A stretch of 64,000 nt of DNA, taken from NCBI RefSeq assembly GCF_003334785.1, contig NZ_QOWV01000001.1. One strand, written 5' to 3'. The translations under genes were made by a program, and so were the position numbers. Numbering within the stretch: the stretch's first letter is position 1; each line of letters starts with the position of its first letter. The DNA comes from Escherichia coli. Lineage in GTDB: Bacteria; Pseudomonadota; Gammaproteobacteria; Enterobacterales; Enterobacteriaceae. The notes beneath the pieces were generated by a model that worked only from the letters and a program-made list of their open reading frames with translations, did no database searches and was not told where the DNA came from. Shown here in pieces: positions 47,839 through 62,915 of the stretch.

Positions 47839-50800
47839 TTAAGCGATCGCGTTCTCTTCCAGTTCACGCATAAACTGGCGTACCCATTCGATACGCGTTT
47901 TCCGCTCACTCAAATCCTGAATAAATTTCAGGCGCGTCGGACCATCAAGGCGGTAATGCTGCGGCTGTTTTTGCAGCAAACCAATCAACCAGGCCGGATT
48001 AACGTGATTCTTCTCGGCAAATTCGATCACCCCGCCTTTCTCATTACCTTCCAGCTTCCTGATCCCCAGTTTCTGCGCTTGCTGGCGCAGACGGGCAATA
48101 TCCAGCAGGGTACGCGCCGGATCTGGCAGCAGGCCGAAGCGATCGATAAGCTCGACTTTGATCTCTTCCAGTTCGTTTTCCGTTTTGGCGCTGGCAATAC
48201 GTTTGTAGAACGACAGACGCGTGTTCACGTCAGGGATGAAATCATCTGGCAATAGCGACGGCATCCGCAGCTCGACTTCTGTTTGCTGGCTGGTGAGATC
48301 TTCCAGCGACGGCTCGCGTCCGGCTTTCAGTGCATCGACGGCGTTTTCCAGCAACTCCATATACAGCGAGAAACCGATGGTTTCCATTGAGCCGCTTTGT
48401 TCTTCGCCAAGCAGTTCACCCGCGCCGCGAATCTCCAGATCGTGCGTTGCCAGCGCAAAACCTGCCCCGAGATCTTCCAGCGAGGCAATTGCTTCAAGAC
48501 GTTTTTGTGCATCGGTAGTCATCGCTTTTGGATGCGGTGTCAGCAACCATGCATATGCCTGATGATGCGAACGTCCGACGCGACCGCGTAACTGGTGCAG
48601 CTGCGCCAGACCGAAGTGATCCGCGCGTTCAATGATAATAGTGTTGGCTGTCGGGATGTCGATCCCGGTTTCGATAATGGTTGTACAAACCAGCACGTTG
48701 AAACGTTGATGATGGAAATCATTCATCACCCGTTCCAGTTCGCGCTCGCGCATCTGCCCGTGACCGATGGCGATCCGCGCTTCTGGCACCAGTTCTGCCA
48801 GCCGTTCGGCGGCTTTCTGAATGTTTTCCACATCATTGTAGAGATAATAAACCTGTCCTCCGCGCAAAATTTCACGCAGGATCGCCTCCCGGACCACCAT
48901 GCTGTCATACTCACGGACAAAGGTTTTAACTGCCAGACGACGGGCGGGCGGCGTGGCGATAATCGACAGGTCACGCATTCCGCTCATTGCCATATTCAGC
49001 GTACGTGGGATCGGCGTTGCAGTAAGCGTCAGAATATCCACGTTCGCGCGCATCGCTTTAATGCGCTCTTTATGACGCACCCCGAAGCGGTGTTCTTCAT
49101 CGACAATCAGCAGGCCTAAATCTTTAAACTTGACGTCACTTTGCAGCAGTTTGTGCGTACCGATCAGAATATCGATTTTCCCTTCCGCCACTTCCGCAAG
49201 GATTTGCGTCTGCTCTTTGGCGCTGCGGAAACGGGAGATCATTTCGATACGTACCGGCCAGTTGGCGAAACGGTCGCGGAAGTTGTCGTAATGCTGCTGC
49301 GCGAGAAGGGTGGTAGGCACCAGCACCGCCACCTGCTTGTGGTTATCTACTGCCAGGAAAGCTGCGCGCATCGCCACTTCTGTTTTACCAAAGCCAACAT
49401 CGCCGCACACCAGACGATCCATTGCCAGCGGCTGACACATGTCGCTAAGTACCGCATTAATGGCCTGCGCCTGATCCGGCGTGGTTTCAAACGGGAAGCT
49501 GTCGCAGAACAACTGATACTGCTCACGATCGTGTTTAAACGCGAAGCCCTCTTTGGCGGCGCGTTGCGCGTAGATATCCAGCAATTCCGCCGCCACATCA
49601 CGCACTTTTTCCGCCGCTTTCTGCCGCGCGCGTGACCACGCATCGCCGCCAAGTTTATGCAGCGGGGCGTTTTCTTCCGCGCCACCTGCGTAACGGCTAA
49701 TCAGATGCAGTGACGACACCGGAACATACAGTTTGGCGTCGTTGGCATAGGTGAGCATCAGATACTCGCCAGTAATGCCACCCGCTTCCAGCGTGGTCAT
49801 TCCGGCATAACGACCGACGCCGTGCTCCAGATGGACCACCGGCTGACCAATATGCAGTTCCGCAAGGTTACGGATCAGTGTATCGGGGTTGATGGTGCGG
49901 CGAGAATCCTGACGACGACGGGCAACGCGTTCACCGAGCAGATCGCTTTCGCAAATCAGCGCCAGATTACGCACCGTATCGACAAAACCATGTTCGGCAG
50001 CGCCAATCATCAGATAACGCCCACGGTCGCTGGCTTCATCAAGACGCATAATGCGTTGCGGAGCAATTTTAATTCGTGCGAGCAGTTCACCCAGCGCTTC
50101 ACGGCGACCTTCACTTTCTACCGAGAACACCACCGGACCGTCGAAAGTCTCGAGGAACTTACGCAGCGCATCCAGCGGCGCTTTTTGTTGTGCCTGAACG
50201 GCCAGGTCTGGCAGTTTCTGGAAACCTAAATTGGCATTCGCGGCTTTTGTCGGTAAATGTTCAGTTTTTAGCTGCACCCGGGGCCAGTTTTTCAGCTCTG
50301 AGAAGAGCTCGTCCACCCGCAGCCAGAGCGATTGTGGTGGCAACAGCGGGCGCATCGGATCGACGCCGCGATTCTCAAAACGCGCCAGCGTGTCAGCCTG
50401 GAAACGTTCGGCACTGGTTTCCAGATCGCCAGTATTCACGAGCAAGGTATTGGCAGGGAAATAACTGAACAGCGGCGGCAGTGGTTCGCTGAAGAACAAT
50501 GGCTGCCAGTACTCGATCCCGGCAGGTAATGTGCCTTTACTCACTTGCTGGTAAATATGTTCTGGATCGCGCTTCACTTCGAAGGTATCGCGCCACTGGC
50601 TGCGGAACAGTTCAATTGCCGCTTTATCGGTCGGAAATTCGTGCGCGGGCAGCAGATTGATCGCTTCTACTTCCTCCAGCGTGCGCTGGCTGTCGACGTC
50701 AAACACCCGCAGGCTGTCGATTTCATCATCAAAGAAATCAAGACGATAAGGCAGCTCACTCCCCATCGGGAAGAGATCCAGCAACGCGCCGCGCGTGGCG

Positions 50801-51285
50801 TATTCGCCGTGCTCCATCACCTGGTCAACATGGCGATAACCGGCGCTGTCCAGTTGGGTTCGTAATGCATCTCGTGACAGGCGCTGACCTTTTTTCATCA
50901 CCAGCGCATGACCGTGGAGAAAACTGTGTGGGCAAACGCGCTGCATAAGCGTATTCACCGGAACAATCAGTACGCCACGCTGCATCGTCGGTAGCTGGTA
51001 AAGGGTGGAAAGGCGCGAGGAGATAATGTCCTGATGAGGCGAAAAACTGTCGTAGGGAAGAGTTTCCCAGTCCGCCAGATTCATCACCATTTGATCGGTA
51101 AACTGGCTGATTTCATCATGCAAACGCAGAGCATTTTGCATATCTGGTGCAATGAGTACCACCGGACCGGCGTGACGTTCGGCAATTTCCGCTACCAGCG
51201 TTGCACAGGCTGCGCCGGTTAACTCGCCCAGCAGACGCTGCTCACCCGCTTTGACGGGCAGCGTATAACGATATTGTTCAGGCAT
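47839..51285 (-). CDS. mfd: Transcription-repair coupling factor Mfd (1148 aa)
   Basis: Start at MPEQYRYTLPVKAGEQRLLGELTGAACATLVAEIAERHAGPVVLIAPDMQNALRL gives 1148 aa; superfamily 2 helicase motifs; matches recalled Mfd. Confidence 0.95.
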   Translation of the reverse strand: MPEQYRYTLPVKAGEQRLLGELTGAACATLVAEIAERHAGPVVLIAPDMQNALRLHDEISQFTDQMVMNLADWETLPYDSFSPHQDIISSRLSTLYQLPTMQRGVLIVPVNTLMQRVCPHSFLHGHALVMKKGQRLSRDALRTQLDSAGYRHVDQVMEHGEYATRGALLDLFPMGSELPYRLDFFDDEIDSLRVFDVDSQRTLEEVEAINLLPAHEFPTDKAAIELFRSQWRDTFEVKRDPEHIYQQVSKGTLPAGIEYWQPLFFSEPLPPLFSYFPANTLLVNTGDLETSAERFQADTLARFENRGVDPMRPLLPPQSLWLRVDELFSELKNWPRVQLKTEHLPTKAANANLGFQKLPDLAVQAQQKAPLDALRKFLETFDGPVVFSVESEGRREALGELLARIKIAPQRIMRLDEASDRGRYLMIGAAEHGFVDTVRNLALICESDLLGERVARRRQDSRRTINPDTLIRNLAELHIGQPVVHLEHGVGRYAGMTTLEAGGITGEYLMLTYANDAKLYVPVSSLHLISRYAGGAEENAPLHKLGGDAWSRARQKAAEKVRDVAAELLDIYAQRAAKEGFAFKHDREQYQLFCDSFPFETTPDQAQAINAVLSDMCQPLAMDRLVCGDVGFGKTEVAMRAAFLAVDNHKQVAVLVPTTLLAQQHYDNFRDRFANWPVRIEMISRFRSAKEQTQILAEVAEGKIDILIGTHKLLQSDVKFKDLGLLIVDEEHRFGVRHKERIKAMRANVDILTLTATPIPRTLNMAMSGMRDLSIIATPPARRLAVKTFVREYDSMVVREAILREILRGGQVYYLYNDVENIQKAAERLAELVPEARIAIGHGQMRERELERVMNDFHHQRFNVLVCTTIIETGIDIPTANTIIIERADHFGLAQLHQLRGRVGRSHHQAYAWLLTPHPKAMTTDAQKRLEAIASLEDLGAGFALATHDLEIRGAGELLGEEQSGSMETIGFSLYMELLENAVDALKAGREPSLEDLTSQQTEVELRMPSLLPDDFIPDVNTRLSFYKRIASAKTENELEEIKVELIDRFGLLPDPARTLLDIARLRQQAQKLGIRKLEGNEKGGVIEFAEKNHVNPAWLIGLLQKQPQHYRLDGPTRLKFIQDLSERKTRIEWVRQFMRELEENAIA

Positions 51286-51412
51286 AACGGTTGTCAGATT
51301 CTCGTTAGGATATGCCTCAACATATGGGGGCATATCTCTGATAAGCAATGCTGTTCATTATCCGTAATCGACATGGTTTAGCAAATTGAATCGCCCCGGC
51401 TGGGGCGATGGC

Positions 51413-52486
51413 TTAGCGGGAGTAACTGCCGGCAGCGGGCAGTGAAGGCGGGGAGAACAACAGATCGCTGAATGCACGCTGTGAAAGTTTTCTTACCAGC
51501 AAGCCCGCAACAGTACAGATGAACAAACTGACAAAGGGATAAACCAGCAGGAGTGTCAGTTCGACTTGCGGCGACCAGCGTGCTGCGTTCATTTGCGCAA
51601 GCAGAGTTAAGCTGAATATTTCAACCAGAATGCGATGGGTGGTGTAGATAGCAATGGTGTTGGAGCCAATCACATTCAGCAGGCTGGTGGAGCGCATACC
51701 GAATCGTTGCTCGTATTGATAAAACAGCTTCATGATCACCACAATCGATACCAGCGACAACAGCAGCGAGATAGTAAACAACCAGGCACCGACCGCCAGA
51801 ACGGTAAGCAAAGAAGCCATCAGCAGATGGCGGCGCAACGGCACCTCTTTAACACAGGTCATTATTGTTGCGCCAAACCATGCGCCAAGGCTGTAATAAG
51901 GCAAATTGCGGATCACACTGTTCATTCCCCACCACGGCGTGGGAACGAAATTAACCGCCACACTCAGCAGTACAAACAAGGCGAATAGTGGCAGCGCCAG
52001 ACGGCTAAAAATTTTACATACCACGAAATAGACAATTAACGCATACAGATACCACAAGCTGGTGCTGGCGGTGATCATCCCGTGCAGGAACTCACCGGTG
52101 GAATCGGCATAAGCGGCATTGGAGGCATTGCTTAAATCGCGCTCAGGTGCCAGCCACTGGTTCAGCGCACTTAACGCCAGCCACTGCACCACGCCCCAAA
52201 GCGCCAGCACCCAGAAGATGTTCCAGATCCGTTTATCGAGACAATTTCCCCACGGTACGCTGTCGATATAGCGGCGAATCAAATAGCCGGATATAAAGAA
52301 AAAAACCGGCATACGAAAGGGGGCAAGGTAAAGATTGAAATAGATCCAGCATTTGCTCAGGACTTCCGATAACGGATGCTGAAAAGTGGTCAGATGCGGA
52401 TAAAAGGTAATGACCGAGTGATAAATCACCACCAGACAAATACATAACCCTTTGATCTGGTTAATCCATAGCTCTTTTTGTTTCAT
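51413..52486 (-). CDS. ycfT: Inner-membrane acyltransferase-family protein YcfT (357 aa)
   Basis: MKQKELWINQIKGLCICLVVIYHSVITFYPHLTTF...; polytopic, acyltransferase-3 family; matches recalled YcfT. Confidence 0.9.
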   Translation of the reverse strand: MKQKELWINQIKGLCICLVVIYHSVITFYPHLTTFQHPLSEVLSKCWIYFNLYLAPFRMPVFFFISGYLIRRYIDSVPWGNCLDKRIWNIFWVLALWGVVQWLALSALNQWLAPERDLSNASNAAYADSTGEFLHGMITASTSLWYLYALIVYFVVCKIFSRLALPLFALFVLLSVAVNFVPTPWWGMNSVIRNLPYYSLGAWFGATIMTCVKEVPLRRHLLMASLLTVLAVGAWLFTISLLLSLVSIVVIMKLFYQYEQRFGMRSTSLLNVIGSNTIAIYTTHRILVEIFSLTLLAQMNAARWSPQVELTLLLVYPFVSLFICTVAGLLVRKLSQRAFSDLLFSPPSLPAAGSYSR

Positions 52487-52636
52487 CAGGACAACACGCT
52501 CTTTTTTAATTTACATGCGGTTGATCCTGCGGGTTATGACCCGAGGTGTAATGGGTATCTGTCTGTATTGGATGATTTTTCAGATTAAGATCAGGCGGCA
52601 AGATTGATGATAAAACATGGCAATTTAGCCGATTGA

Positions 52637-55885
<3,249 letters not shown>

Positions 55886-55913
55886 AGGCAGTACATTAAA
55901 ACAAGGAGCGGCA

Positions 55914-56825
55914 ATGTATTACGGGTTTGATATTGGTGGAACAAAAATTGCGCTTGGCGTGTTTGATAGCGGTCGGCAGTTGCAGTGGGAAAAGCGGGTG
56001 CCGACACCGCGTGACAGCTATGACGCATTTTTAGATGCAGTGTGTGAGCTGGTAGCTGAAGCTGACCAACGTTTTGGCTGTAAAGGTTCTGTCGGCATCG
56101 GTATTCCGGGAATGCCGGAAACAGAAGATGGTACGCTGTATGCCGCCAATGTCCCCGCTGCCAGCGGTAAACCGCTGCGTGCCGACCTGAGCGCACGTCT
56201 TGATCGCGATGTACGCCTTGATAACGATGCCAACTGTTTTGCCCTTTCAGAAGCCTGGGATGATGAATTTACTCAATATCCACTGGTGATGGGGTTGATT
56301 CTCGGCACCGGTGTTGGCGGCGGGCTGATTTTCAACGGCAAACCGATTACCGGTAAAAGCTACATTACCGGCGAGTTTGGCCATATGCGTCTGCCGGTTG
56401 ATGCGTTAACCATGATGGGGTTGGATTTCCCGTTACGCCGCTGCGGCTGTGGTCAGCATGGCTGCATTGAAAATTATCTGTCTGGTCGCGGTTTTGCGTG
56501 GCTGTATCAACACTATTATCATCAACCGTTGCAGGCTCCCGAAATTATTGCGCTTTATGATCAAGGCGATGAGCAGGCAAGGGCGCACGTTGAGCGTTAT
56601 CTGGATTTATTAGCGGTTTGTCTGGGAAATATCCTGACCATCGTTGACCCTGACCTGGTCGTCATTGGTGGTGGCTTATCGAATTTCCCGGCAATCACAA
56701 CGCAACTGGCGGACAGGCTGCCTCGTCATCTCTTACCTGTAGCTCGTGTTCCGCGCATTGAACGCGCGCGCCACGGTGATGCGGGAGGAATGCGTGGTGC
56801 GGCCTTCCTACATCTAACCGATTAA
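55914..56825 (+). CDS. nagK: N-acetyl-D-glucosamine kinase NagK (303 aa)
   Basis: Start at [39 protein letters not shown] gives 303 aa; ROK family; matches recalled NagK. Confidence 0.92.
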
Positions 56826-56840
56826 ACAACAGAGGTTGCT

Positions 56841-57680
56841 ATGCTGTCGCGTCGGGGTCATCGGTTAAGTCGTTTTCGTAAAAATAAACGCCGCCTGCGC
56901 GAGCGTTTGCGTCAGCGTATTTTTTTCAGAGATAAAGTGGTGCCGGAAGCAATGGAAAAACCAAGAGTACTCGTACTGACAGGGGCAGGAATTTCTGCGG
57001 AATCAGGTATTCGTACCTTTCGCGCCGCAGATGGCCTGTGGGAAGAACATCGGGTTGAAGATGTGGCAACGCCGGAAGGTTTCGATCGCGATCCTGAACT
57101 GGTGCAAGCGTTTTATAACGCCCGTCGTCGACAGCTGCAGCAGCCAGAAATTCAGCCTAACGCCGCGCATCTTGCGCTGGCTAAACTGCAAGACGCCCTC
57201 GGCGATCGCTTTTTGCTGGTGACGCAGAATATCGACAACCTGCATGAACGCGCAGGTAATACCAATGTGATTCATATGCATGGGGAACTGCTGAAAGTGC
57301 GTTGTTCACAAAGTGGTCAGGTTCTCGACTGGACAGGAGACGTTACCCCAGAAGATAAATGCCATTGTTGCCAGTTTCCGGCACCCTTGCGCCCGCACGT
57401 AGTGTGGTTTGGCGAAATGCCACTCGGCATGGATGAAATTTATATGGCGTTGTCGATGGCCGATATTTTCATTGCCATTGGCACATCCGGGCATGTTTAT
57501 CCGGCGGCTGGGTTTGTTCACGAAGCGAAACTGCATGGCGCGCACACCGTGGAACTGAATCTTGAACCGAGTCAGGTTGGTAATGAATTTGCCGAGAAAT
57601 ATTACGGCCCGGCAAGCCAGGTGGTGCCTGAGTTTGTTGAAAAGTTGCTGAAGGGATTAAAAGCGGGAAGCATTGCCTGA
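56841..57680 (+). CDS. cobB: NAD-dependent protein deacylase (sirtuin) CobB, long isoform 279 aa; short isoform would begin at about 56952
   Basis: [70 protein letters not shown]...; sirtuin core follows an Arg-rich 37-aa N-terminal extension; matches recalled CobB. Confidence 0.92.
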   Translation: MLSRRGHRLSRFRKNKRRLRERLRQRIFFRDKVVPEAMEKPRVLVLTGAGISAESGIRTFRAADGLWEEHRVEDVATPEGFDRDPELVQAFYNARRRQLQQPEIQPNAAHLALAKLQDALGDRFLLVTQNIDNLHERAGNTNVIHMHGELLKVRCSQSGQVLDWTGDVTPEDKCHCCQFPAPLRPHVVWFGEMPLGMDEIYMALSMADIFIAIGTSGHVYPAAGFVHEAKLHGAHTVELNLEPSQVGNEFAEKYYGPASQVVPEFVEKLLKGLKAGSIA

Positions 57681-57772
57681 TGCACTACGCTTATCAGGCC
57701 TGCAAGGGGACGCAATTAATTGAATTTGCGGGTTTTGTGGGCCGGATAAGGCGTTCGCGCCCCATCCGGCAT
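57675..57772. repeat. REP cluster downstream of cobB
   Basis: GCCTGATGCACTACGCTTATCAGGCCTGC and GTGGGCCGGATAAGGCGTTCGCGCCCCATCCGGCAT: two REP-type palindromes. Confidence 0.7.
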
Positions 57773-57799
57773 AATACACGCGCACTTTTCCGGCCTCTT

Positions 57800-58588
57800 T
57801 TATCGTTTACTCGTCAATAACAATGCGGCAATAAACGTACAGACACCAATTAGCCCTGCCCAGAGTGGCGATATTCTGGTAATCGCAAAGCTATTATCGA
57901 TATACAAACATAAAGCCTGATAACCCATATTGGCAATAGTCATCGCCACTGCAAATTTTAACGCATAAATAAAACGAGTCGTGTAGTAAAAGATCCTGGA
58001 AAATAAGATAAACGTCGCAGCCCAGGCGATAAAACCTAATGTGTTGGTGCTGCCGGGGGGAGCATTTTCATGCTGTTGTCCTGGATGCGGATAATACGTT
58101 AGTGGCGGCGTCGATTGTTTTAATATCTGTGCTTGTAGAACAGCCAATGCATTATTGATTCCCTGATACCAGAGATCTGCATTTAAATAAGCCAGCGTGT
58201 GATTTTCTATCAGAAGGCCGAGATGTTTATCGTCCAGACCACTTTCAACCTGGCCGTTGGTGATCATAATTAACCGTGGTTCGCGGGTAGTAAATAGTAA
58301 CAGAACACTTCCTTTTACATCACTCAATGAAGATGACGCATGCGCCAGCATCGCTTTACCATTTTGTCTGAGACTGGCTTCATTATTAATGTCGGGTAAA
58401 ACCACAATAAACGGTGCAATTCCCGTTTGTTGGCGAAAAAGCTCGGCTTTATGCGCGATCTCTTCAGCATCTGGTACAGTACCGGTAACGTCCGTAAAAA
58501 GTGTCTTCATTATTGGAATTAATGGCTTGCTGGCTGCTGTCAGAGGCAGGAGTATCAGTAAACTGAGCAGTATAATGAATTTTTTCAT
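57800..58588 (-). CDS. ycfZ: Inner-membrane protein YcfZ (262 aa, DUF2057/YcfZ-YiiX family)
   Basis: [34 protein letters not shown]...; matches recalled YcfZ. Confidence 0.88.
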   Translation of the reverse strand: MKKFIILLSLLILLPLTAASKPLIPIMKTLFTDVTGTVPDAEEIAHKAELFRQQTGIAPFIVVLPDINNEASLRQNGKAMLAHASSSLSDVKGSVLLLFTTREPRLIMITNGQVESGLDDKHLGLLIENHTLAYLNADLWYQGINNALAVLQAQILKQSTPPLTYYPHPGQQHENAPPGSTNTLGFIAWAATFILFSRIFYYTTRFIYALKFAVAMTIANMGYQALCLYIDNSFAITRISPLWAGLIGVCTFIAALLLTSKR

Positions 58589-59046
58589 GGGCGGGACTTC
58601 CGTTTCCTGCGTGATTTTTTAGAGGAGGGCATACTTATTAATAAACCGACGGCGATAAAAATAACGCCCATAATGCCGATAAACCCCCATTTAAAAAAAT
58701 TAACCCACGGGTTATTTATCTCAGCCTTTTCAGGATGCCCGGGAGAATAATAAACATTAACTTTATCGCCTTCGCTGTCTTCATAAAAATCGCTGCCGAT
58801 ACTCGAATTGAAAATTAGCGTGTAATCTGGCGTCGGTCGAAAGGCAATGACGGGATACCACGAACCATCTTTACCCGTGCGATGAGAATGACTGGAGTGC
58901 CAGACGGTATCAACAATGACGCCTTCGGTATGAATCGCGTCTTTGCTATAGGTGAACTGGTTATAAAAGACAACAACAGAAATGAGGATCAGTACCAGAC
59001 CGATACCGAGGAATATACGAAAGAAAACTTTACTGTCCTGACTCAT
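58585..59046 (-). CDS. ymfA: Inner-membrane protein YmfA (153 aa)
   Basis: [47 protein letters not shown]...; the stop overlaps the ycfZ start; 153 aa from this Met (the six-frame ORF begins 3 codons earlier at MWLMSQ). Confidence 0.8.
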   Translation of the reverse strand: MSQDSKVFFRIFLGIGLVLILISVVVFYNQFTYSKDAIHTEGVIVDTVWHSSHSHRTGKDGSWYPVIAFRPTPDYTLIFNSSIGSDFYEDSEGDKVNVYYSPGHPEKAEINNPWVNFFKWGFIGIMGVIFIAVGLLISMPSSKKSRRKRKSRP

Positions 59047-59103
59047 TAGCCACATCCTTGCTAACTAAAAAACGGGCGGTAATACCACCGCCCGCTTGCT
59101 GAA

Positions 59104-60150
59104 TTAACGTCCTGCTTTCAGCTTCTGATAATACTCTTCATAAATGCTGCTGGCTGCGCCAACGTCATTCTGCCATTCGCCATTTTTAATGGTTTCAGCA
59201 TCCGGGTAGAGTGTTTTATCGTTCGCCACTTCTGGACTTAACAGCTTACGCGCCGCAAGGTTTGGCGTTGGATAACCGATAGTTTCAGCAACCTGTTTTG
59301 CCACATCCGGGCGCAGCAGGAAGTTGATCAATTTCAGCGCGCCTTCTTTGTTTTTGGCATTTGCCGGGATCGCCAGGCTGTCCATCCAGAAAATGCCGCC
59401 TTCTTTCGGCCACACCACGTCAATTGGCGTACCCGCCTGGCGTGCAACGAAAGCAGAACCGTTCCAGATCATGCCGAGGTTAACTTCGCCTTCCATGTAC
59501 GGGTTCGCCGGGTTATCGGAGTTAAAGGCTGCCACGTTTGGCATCAGTTTTTTCAGCTCGTTATATGCAGCTTCAATCTCTTTCGGATCGGTGGTGTTAC
59601 CGGAGTAGCCCAGCTTACGCAGCGCCATCTGGAACACTTCACGGGCATCGTCGGTCAACAGCAGGCTGCCTTTGTACTCTGGCTTCCACAGATCGGCCCA
59701 GCTGGTGACAGATTTCGGATCCACCGCATCACCGTTAACACCAATCGCCGTCGCACCCCAGATATACGGAATGGAGTAGTCGTTATTCGGGTCAAAAGGC
59801 TTGTTGAGCATGTCTGGATCGAGATTGCTGAAGTTTGTTAACTTCGACTTGTCGATCTTCTGGATCATCCCTTCTTTACGCATTTTATCAACGTAATAGG
59901 TTGAAGGAACCACCAGATCATAGGCACCGTCTTTGTATGTTTTCAGCTTGGCGTACATGGTTTCGTTCGACTCGTAAGTCGAATAGATAACCTTAATACC
60001 GGTTTCTTTGGTGAACTGTTCAAGCAGTCCTGGCGGCACGTACTCGGTCCAGTTGTAGAAATACAGCGTGTTGTTGTCATCGGCGTGAGCGGCGCTCATG
60101 CCCAGTGCCAGAGCACCCGCCGCGAGCAGGTGGCGTGACCATTTTTTCAT
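59104..60150 (-). CDS. potD: Spermidine/putrescine ABC transporter periplasmic binding protein PotD (348 aa)
   Basis: MKKWSRHLLAAGALALGMSAAHADDNNTLYFYNWTEYVPPGLLEQFTKETGIKVIYSTYESNETMYAKLK...; matches recalled PotD. Confidence 0.95.
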   Translation of the reverse strand: MKKWSRHLLAAGALALGMSAAHADDNNTLYFYNWTEYVPPGLLEQFTKETGIKVIYSTYESNETMYAKLKTYKDGAYDLVVPSTYYVDKMRKEGMIQKIDKSKLTNFSNLDPDMLNKPFDPNNDYSIPYIWGATAIGVNGDAVDPKSVTSWADLWKPEYKGSLLLTDDAREVFQMALRKLGYSGNTTDPKEIEAAYNELKKLMPNVAAFNSDNPANPYMEGEVNLGMIWNGSAFVARQAGTPIDVVWPKEGGIFWMDSLAIPANAKNKEGALKLINFLLRPDVAKQVAETIGYPTPNLAARKLLSPEVANDKTLYPDAETIKNGEWQNDVGAASSIYEEYYQKLKAGR

Positions 60151-60941
60151 TTAACGTCCCCTGTGTTACCTTTCGTTTTATCACGAGCAATAAGCTGGCT
60201 GGCAATAACCATCACCAGCGACAGCACCAGTAATATGGTTGCCAGCGCGTTAACTTCCGGCGATACGCCGACTTTGACCATCGAATAAATTTTTAACGGC
60301 AGAATTTCATAACTTGGTCCGGTGACGAACGAAGAAACTACCACATCGTCCATCGACAGGGTAAAGCTTAACACCCAGCCCGCCGCCACCGCTGGCATTG
60401 CCAGTGGCAGAATGATTTTTCGCAGAATGGTAAATTCGCTGGCACCGAGATCTTTCGCCGCTTCCAGCATTCGCACGTCAAAACCTTTCAGGCGCGAATA
60501 CACCGTCACCACCACAAATGGCAGGCAGAAGGTGATATGCGAGAACAGCAGCGACCAGAAGCCAAGCTGAATACCCAGCAGCATAAACAGCACCAGCAGC
60601 GAAATCGCCATCACGATATCTGGTGACATCATCACCACAAACAGCATTCCGCTAACGAACGGCTTACCACGAAAGCGATAACGGTACAGCGCAACTGCCG
60701 TCAGTGAACCGATAAGCGTAGCAAACGTCGCCGAAAACACCGCCATTGTTAGTGAATGCTGCGCTGCCTGTAACAGGCTGTCGTTGTTCATCAGCAGGCT
60801 ATACCATTTGGTGGTAAAACCCTGCCAGTTGATGCCAAAGCGCGAGCTGTTAAAGGAGTTCACAATCAAAATAATGATTGGGATATACAGGTACGCGTAG
60901 ATAGCGGTCATAAAACCGCCGCGAAGCAGTCGACCGATCAT
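60147..60941 (-). CDS. potC: Spermidine/putrescine ABC transporter permease PotC (264 aa)
   Basis: [47 protein letters not shown]...; 4-nt overlap with potD; matches recalled PotC. Confidence 0.93.
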   Translation of the reverse strand: MIGRLLRGGFMTAIYAYLYIPIIILIVNSFNSSRFGINWQGFTTKWYSLLMNNDSLLQAAQHSLTMAVFSATFATLIGSLTAVALYRYRFRGKPFVSGMLFVVMMSPDIVMAISLLVLFMLLGIQLGFWSLLFSHITFCLPFVVVTVYSRLKGFDVRMLEAAKDLGASEFTILRKIILPLAMPAVAAGWVLSFTLSMDDVVVSSFVTGPSYEILPLKIYSMVKVGVSPEVNALATILLVLSLVMVIASQLIARDKTKGNTGDVK

Positions 60942-61795
60942 TCGAGTTCCACCTTCTTATTCAGCAAACGAGAAGCGCGCCAGTAAACCAGCAACATCAG
61001 GCCCATTACGATAGTCAGCGTAATGCTGGTAGCTGCACCAAACGGCCAGTCACGAATATTAAGGAACTGGACCTTGATGACGTTACCGATCAGCAGGTTT
61101 TTCGCACCGCCCATCAGGTCAGATACATAGAACAGGCCCATCGCTGGCAGCATCACCAGCAGACATCCGGCAATAATTCCCGGCATCGTCAGTGGAATAA
61201 TGATACGGATAAAAGTCTGTAACTTGCTGGCACCGAGATCGCGCGCCGCCTCAAGCAACGGCTTATCCAGTTTTTCGATACTGGAGTACAGCGGCATCAC
61301 CATAAACGGCAGCAGAATGTAAACCAGACCGATAATCACCGCACTGGGCGTGAACATGATACGGATTGGTGTGTCGATAACGCCCAGCCAGAGCAAAAAC
61401 TCGTTGAGATAGCCTTTGGTGCTGAGGAAAATTTTCAGCCCGTAGATACGAATTAATGAGTTGGTCCAGAACGGAACAATCAGCAGAAACAGCAGCAGCG
61501 GACGCACCTTGTGTGGCAACTTCGCCAGAAACCAGGCAAACGGGTAGCCCAGCACCAGGCAGGCGAGGGTGGCGATCAGCGCCATATTCAGCGAGTGCAA
61601 TAGCACTTCAAAATAGAGCGGATCGAGCAGACGCGTGTAGTTATCCAGCGTAAAGACCATTTTGACAAAACTGGCGTCGTCGCGGGTCAAAAAGCTGGTG
61701 CCAATGATCATCAGGTTGGGCAGAAAGACAAACAACACAAGCCAACCGACAATAGTGACAATCACTACATTCTGGAACTTACTTGTGTTCTTCAT
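60938..61795 (-). CDS. potB: Spermidine/putrescine ABC transporter permease PotB (285 aa from ATG; 275 aa if the internal GTG at 61765 is used)
   Basis: [43 protein letters not shown]...; 4-nt overlap with potC; matches recalled PotB. My recollection of the annotated length is 275 aa, so the start is uncertain. Confidence 0.88.
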
Positions 61796-62915
61796 CAGCC
61801 AGTACGACCTCCCAGCTTTCTACCCAATTAATGGCCATTTTTTGGTCGAGAGAGTGGTCAAAGTCAGGATCGTCTTCATTGAAGAATTCGCTGACCATCA
61901 CCATCTTGCCATTTTCCAGTTCAACAACCGACTCCAGCGTCATGCCTTTGTAGTTACGCTCGCGAACGTAACCAATCAGCCCTTCAGCGTGGTTGTCGTC
62001 GTTAATCTCTTCAACACGTAAGTCTTCCGGGCGCAGCAGAACATGCAGTTTTTGCCCCGGTTCAACGGCGAAGTTAACGTAGATATTACATTCGCGGCCT
62101 TCAACGTTGGCGCGTACGCGCTGCTCGTCTAGACGTTCGATGACAGTGGCGTTAAACATATTGATTTCGCCAATGAAGCCGGCAACAAACAGGTTTTTCG
62201 GCTCTTCGTAGATTTCACGCGGCGTGCCGTCTTGCTCAATGCGACCATCGCGCATCACCACAATCCTGTCTGACATGGTGAGTGCTTCTTCCTGGTCGTG
62301 AGTCACAAAGACGAATGTAATGCCAAGCTTACGCTGTAACGCTTTCAGCTCGTTCTGCATTTGCTTACGCAGTTTGTAATCCAGCGCTGAGAGCGACTCA
62401 TCCAGCAACAACAGACGAGGCTTGTTAACCACCGCGCGAGCAATGGCGACGCGTTGCTGTTGACCACCAGAGAGCTGATGCGGTTTGCGTTGAGCGAAGG
62501 TTTCCAACTGCACCATCCGCAGGGCTTCCATCACGCGGGGCGTAATTTCAGCAGCGGGGGTTTTTTGCATGCGCAACCCAAAGGCCACATTTTCGAACAC
62601 GGTCATGTGGGGGAAAAGTGCGTAGCTTTGGAAAACAGTGTTCACATAGCGGTTTTCCGCCGGAACGTGGGTGATGTCCTCGTTATCCAGCATGATGCGT
62701 CCGGAATCAACAGTTTCCAGACCTGCAATCAGGCGAAGAACGGTTGTTTTACCGCAGCCAGAAGGGCCAAGCAGCGTGAGGAACTCGCCATTGTTGATAG
62801 TCAGATCCAGCTGGGGAATGACCTCTTTACCATCAAAGCATTTGCGAATTCCCGCCAATTGCACCAGCGGTGAAAGCGAACTCGGTTGTTTATTCAATTT
62901 TTTACTCTGTCCCAT
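61779..62915 (-). CDS. potA: Spermidine/putrescine ABC transporter ATPase PotA (378 aa)
   Basis: [62 protein letters not shown]... (Walker A, LSGGQQQR signature); 17-nt overlap with potB; matches recalled PotA. Confidence 0.95.
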
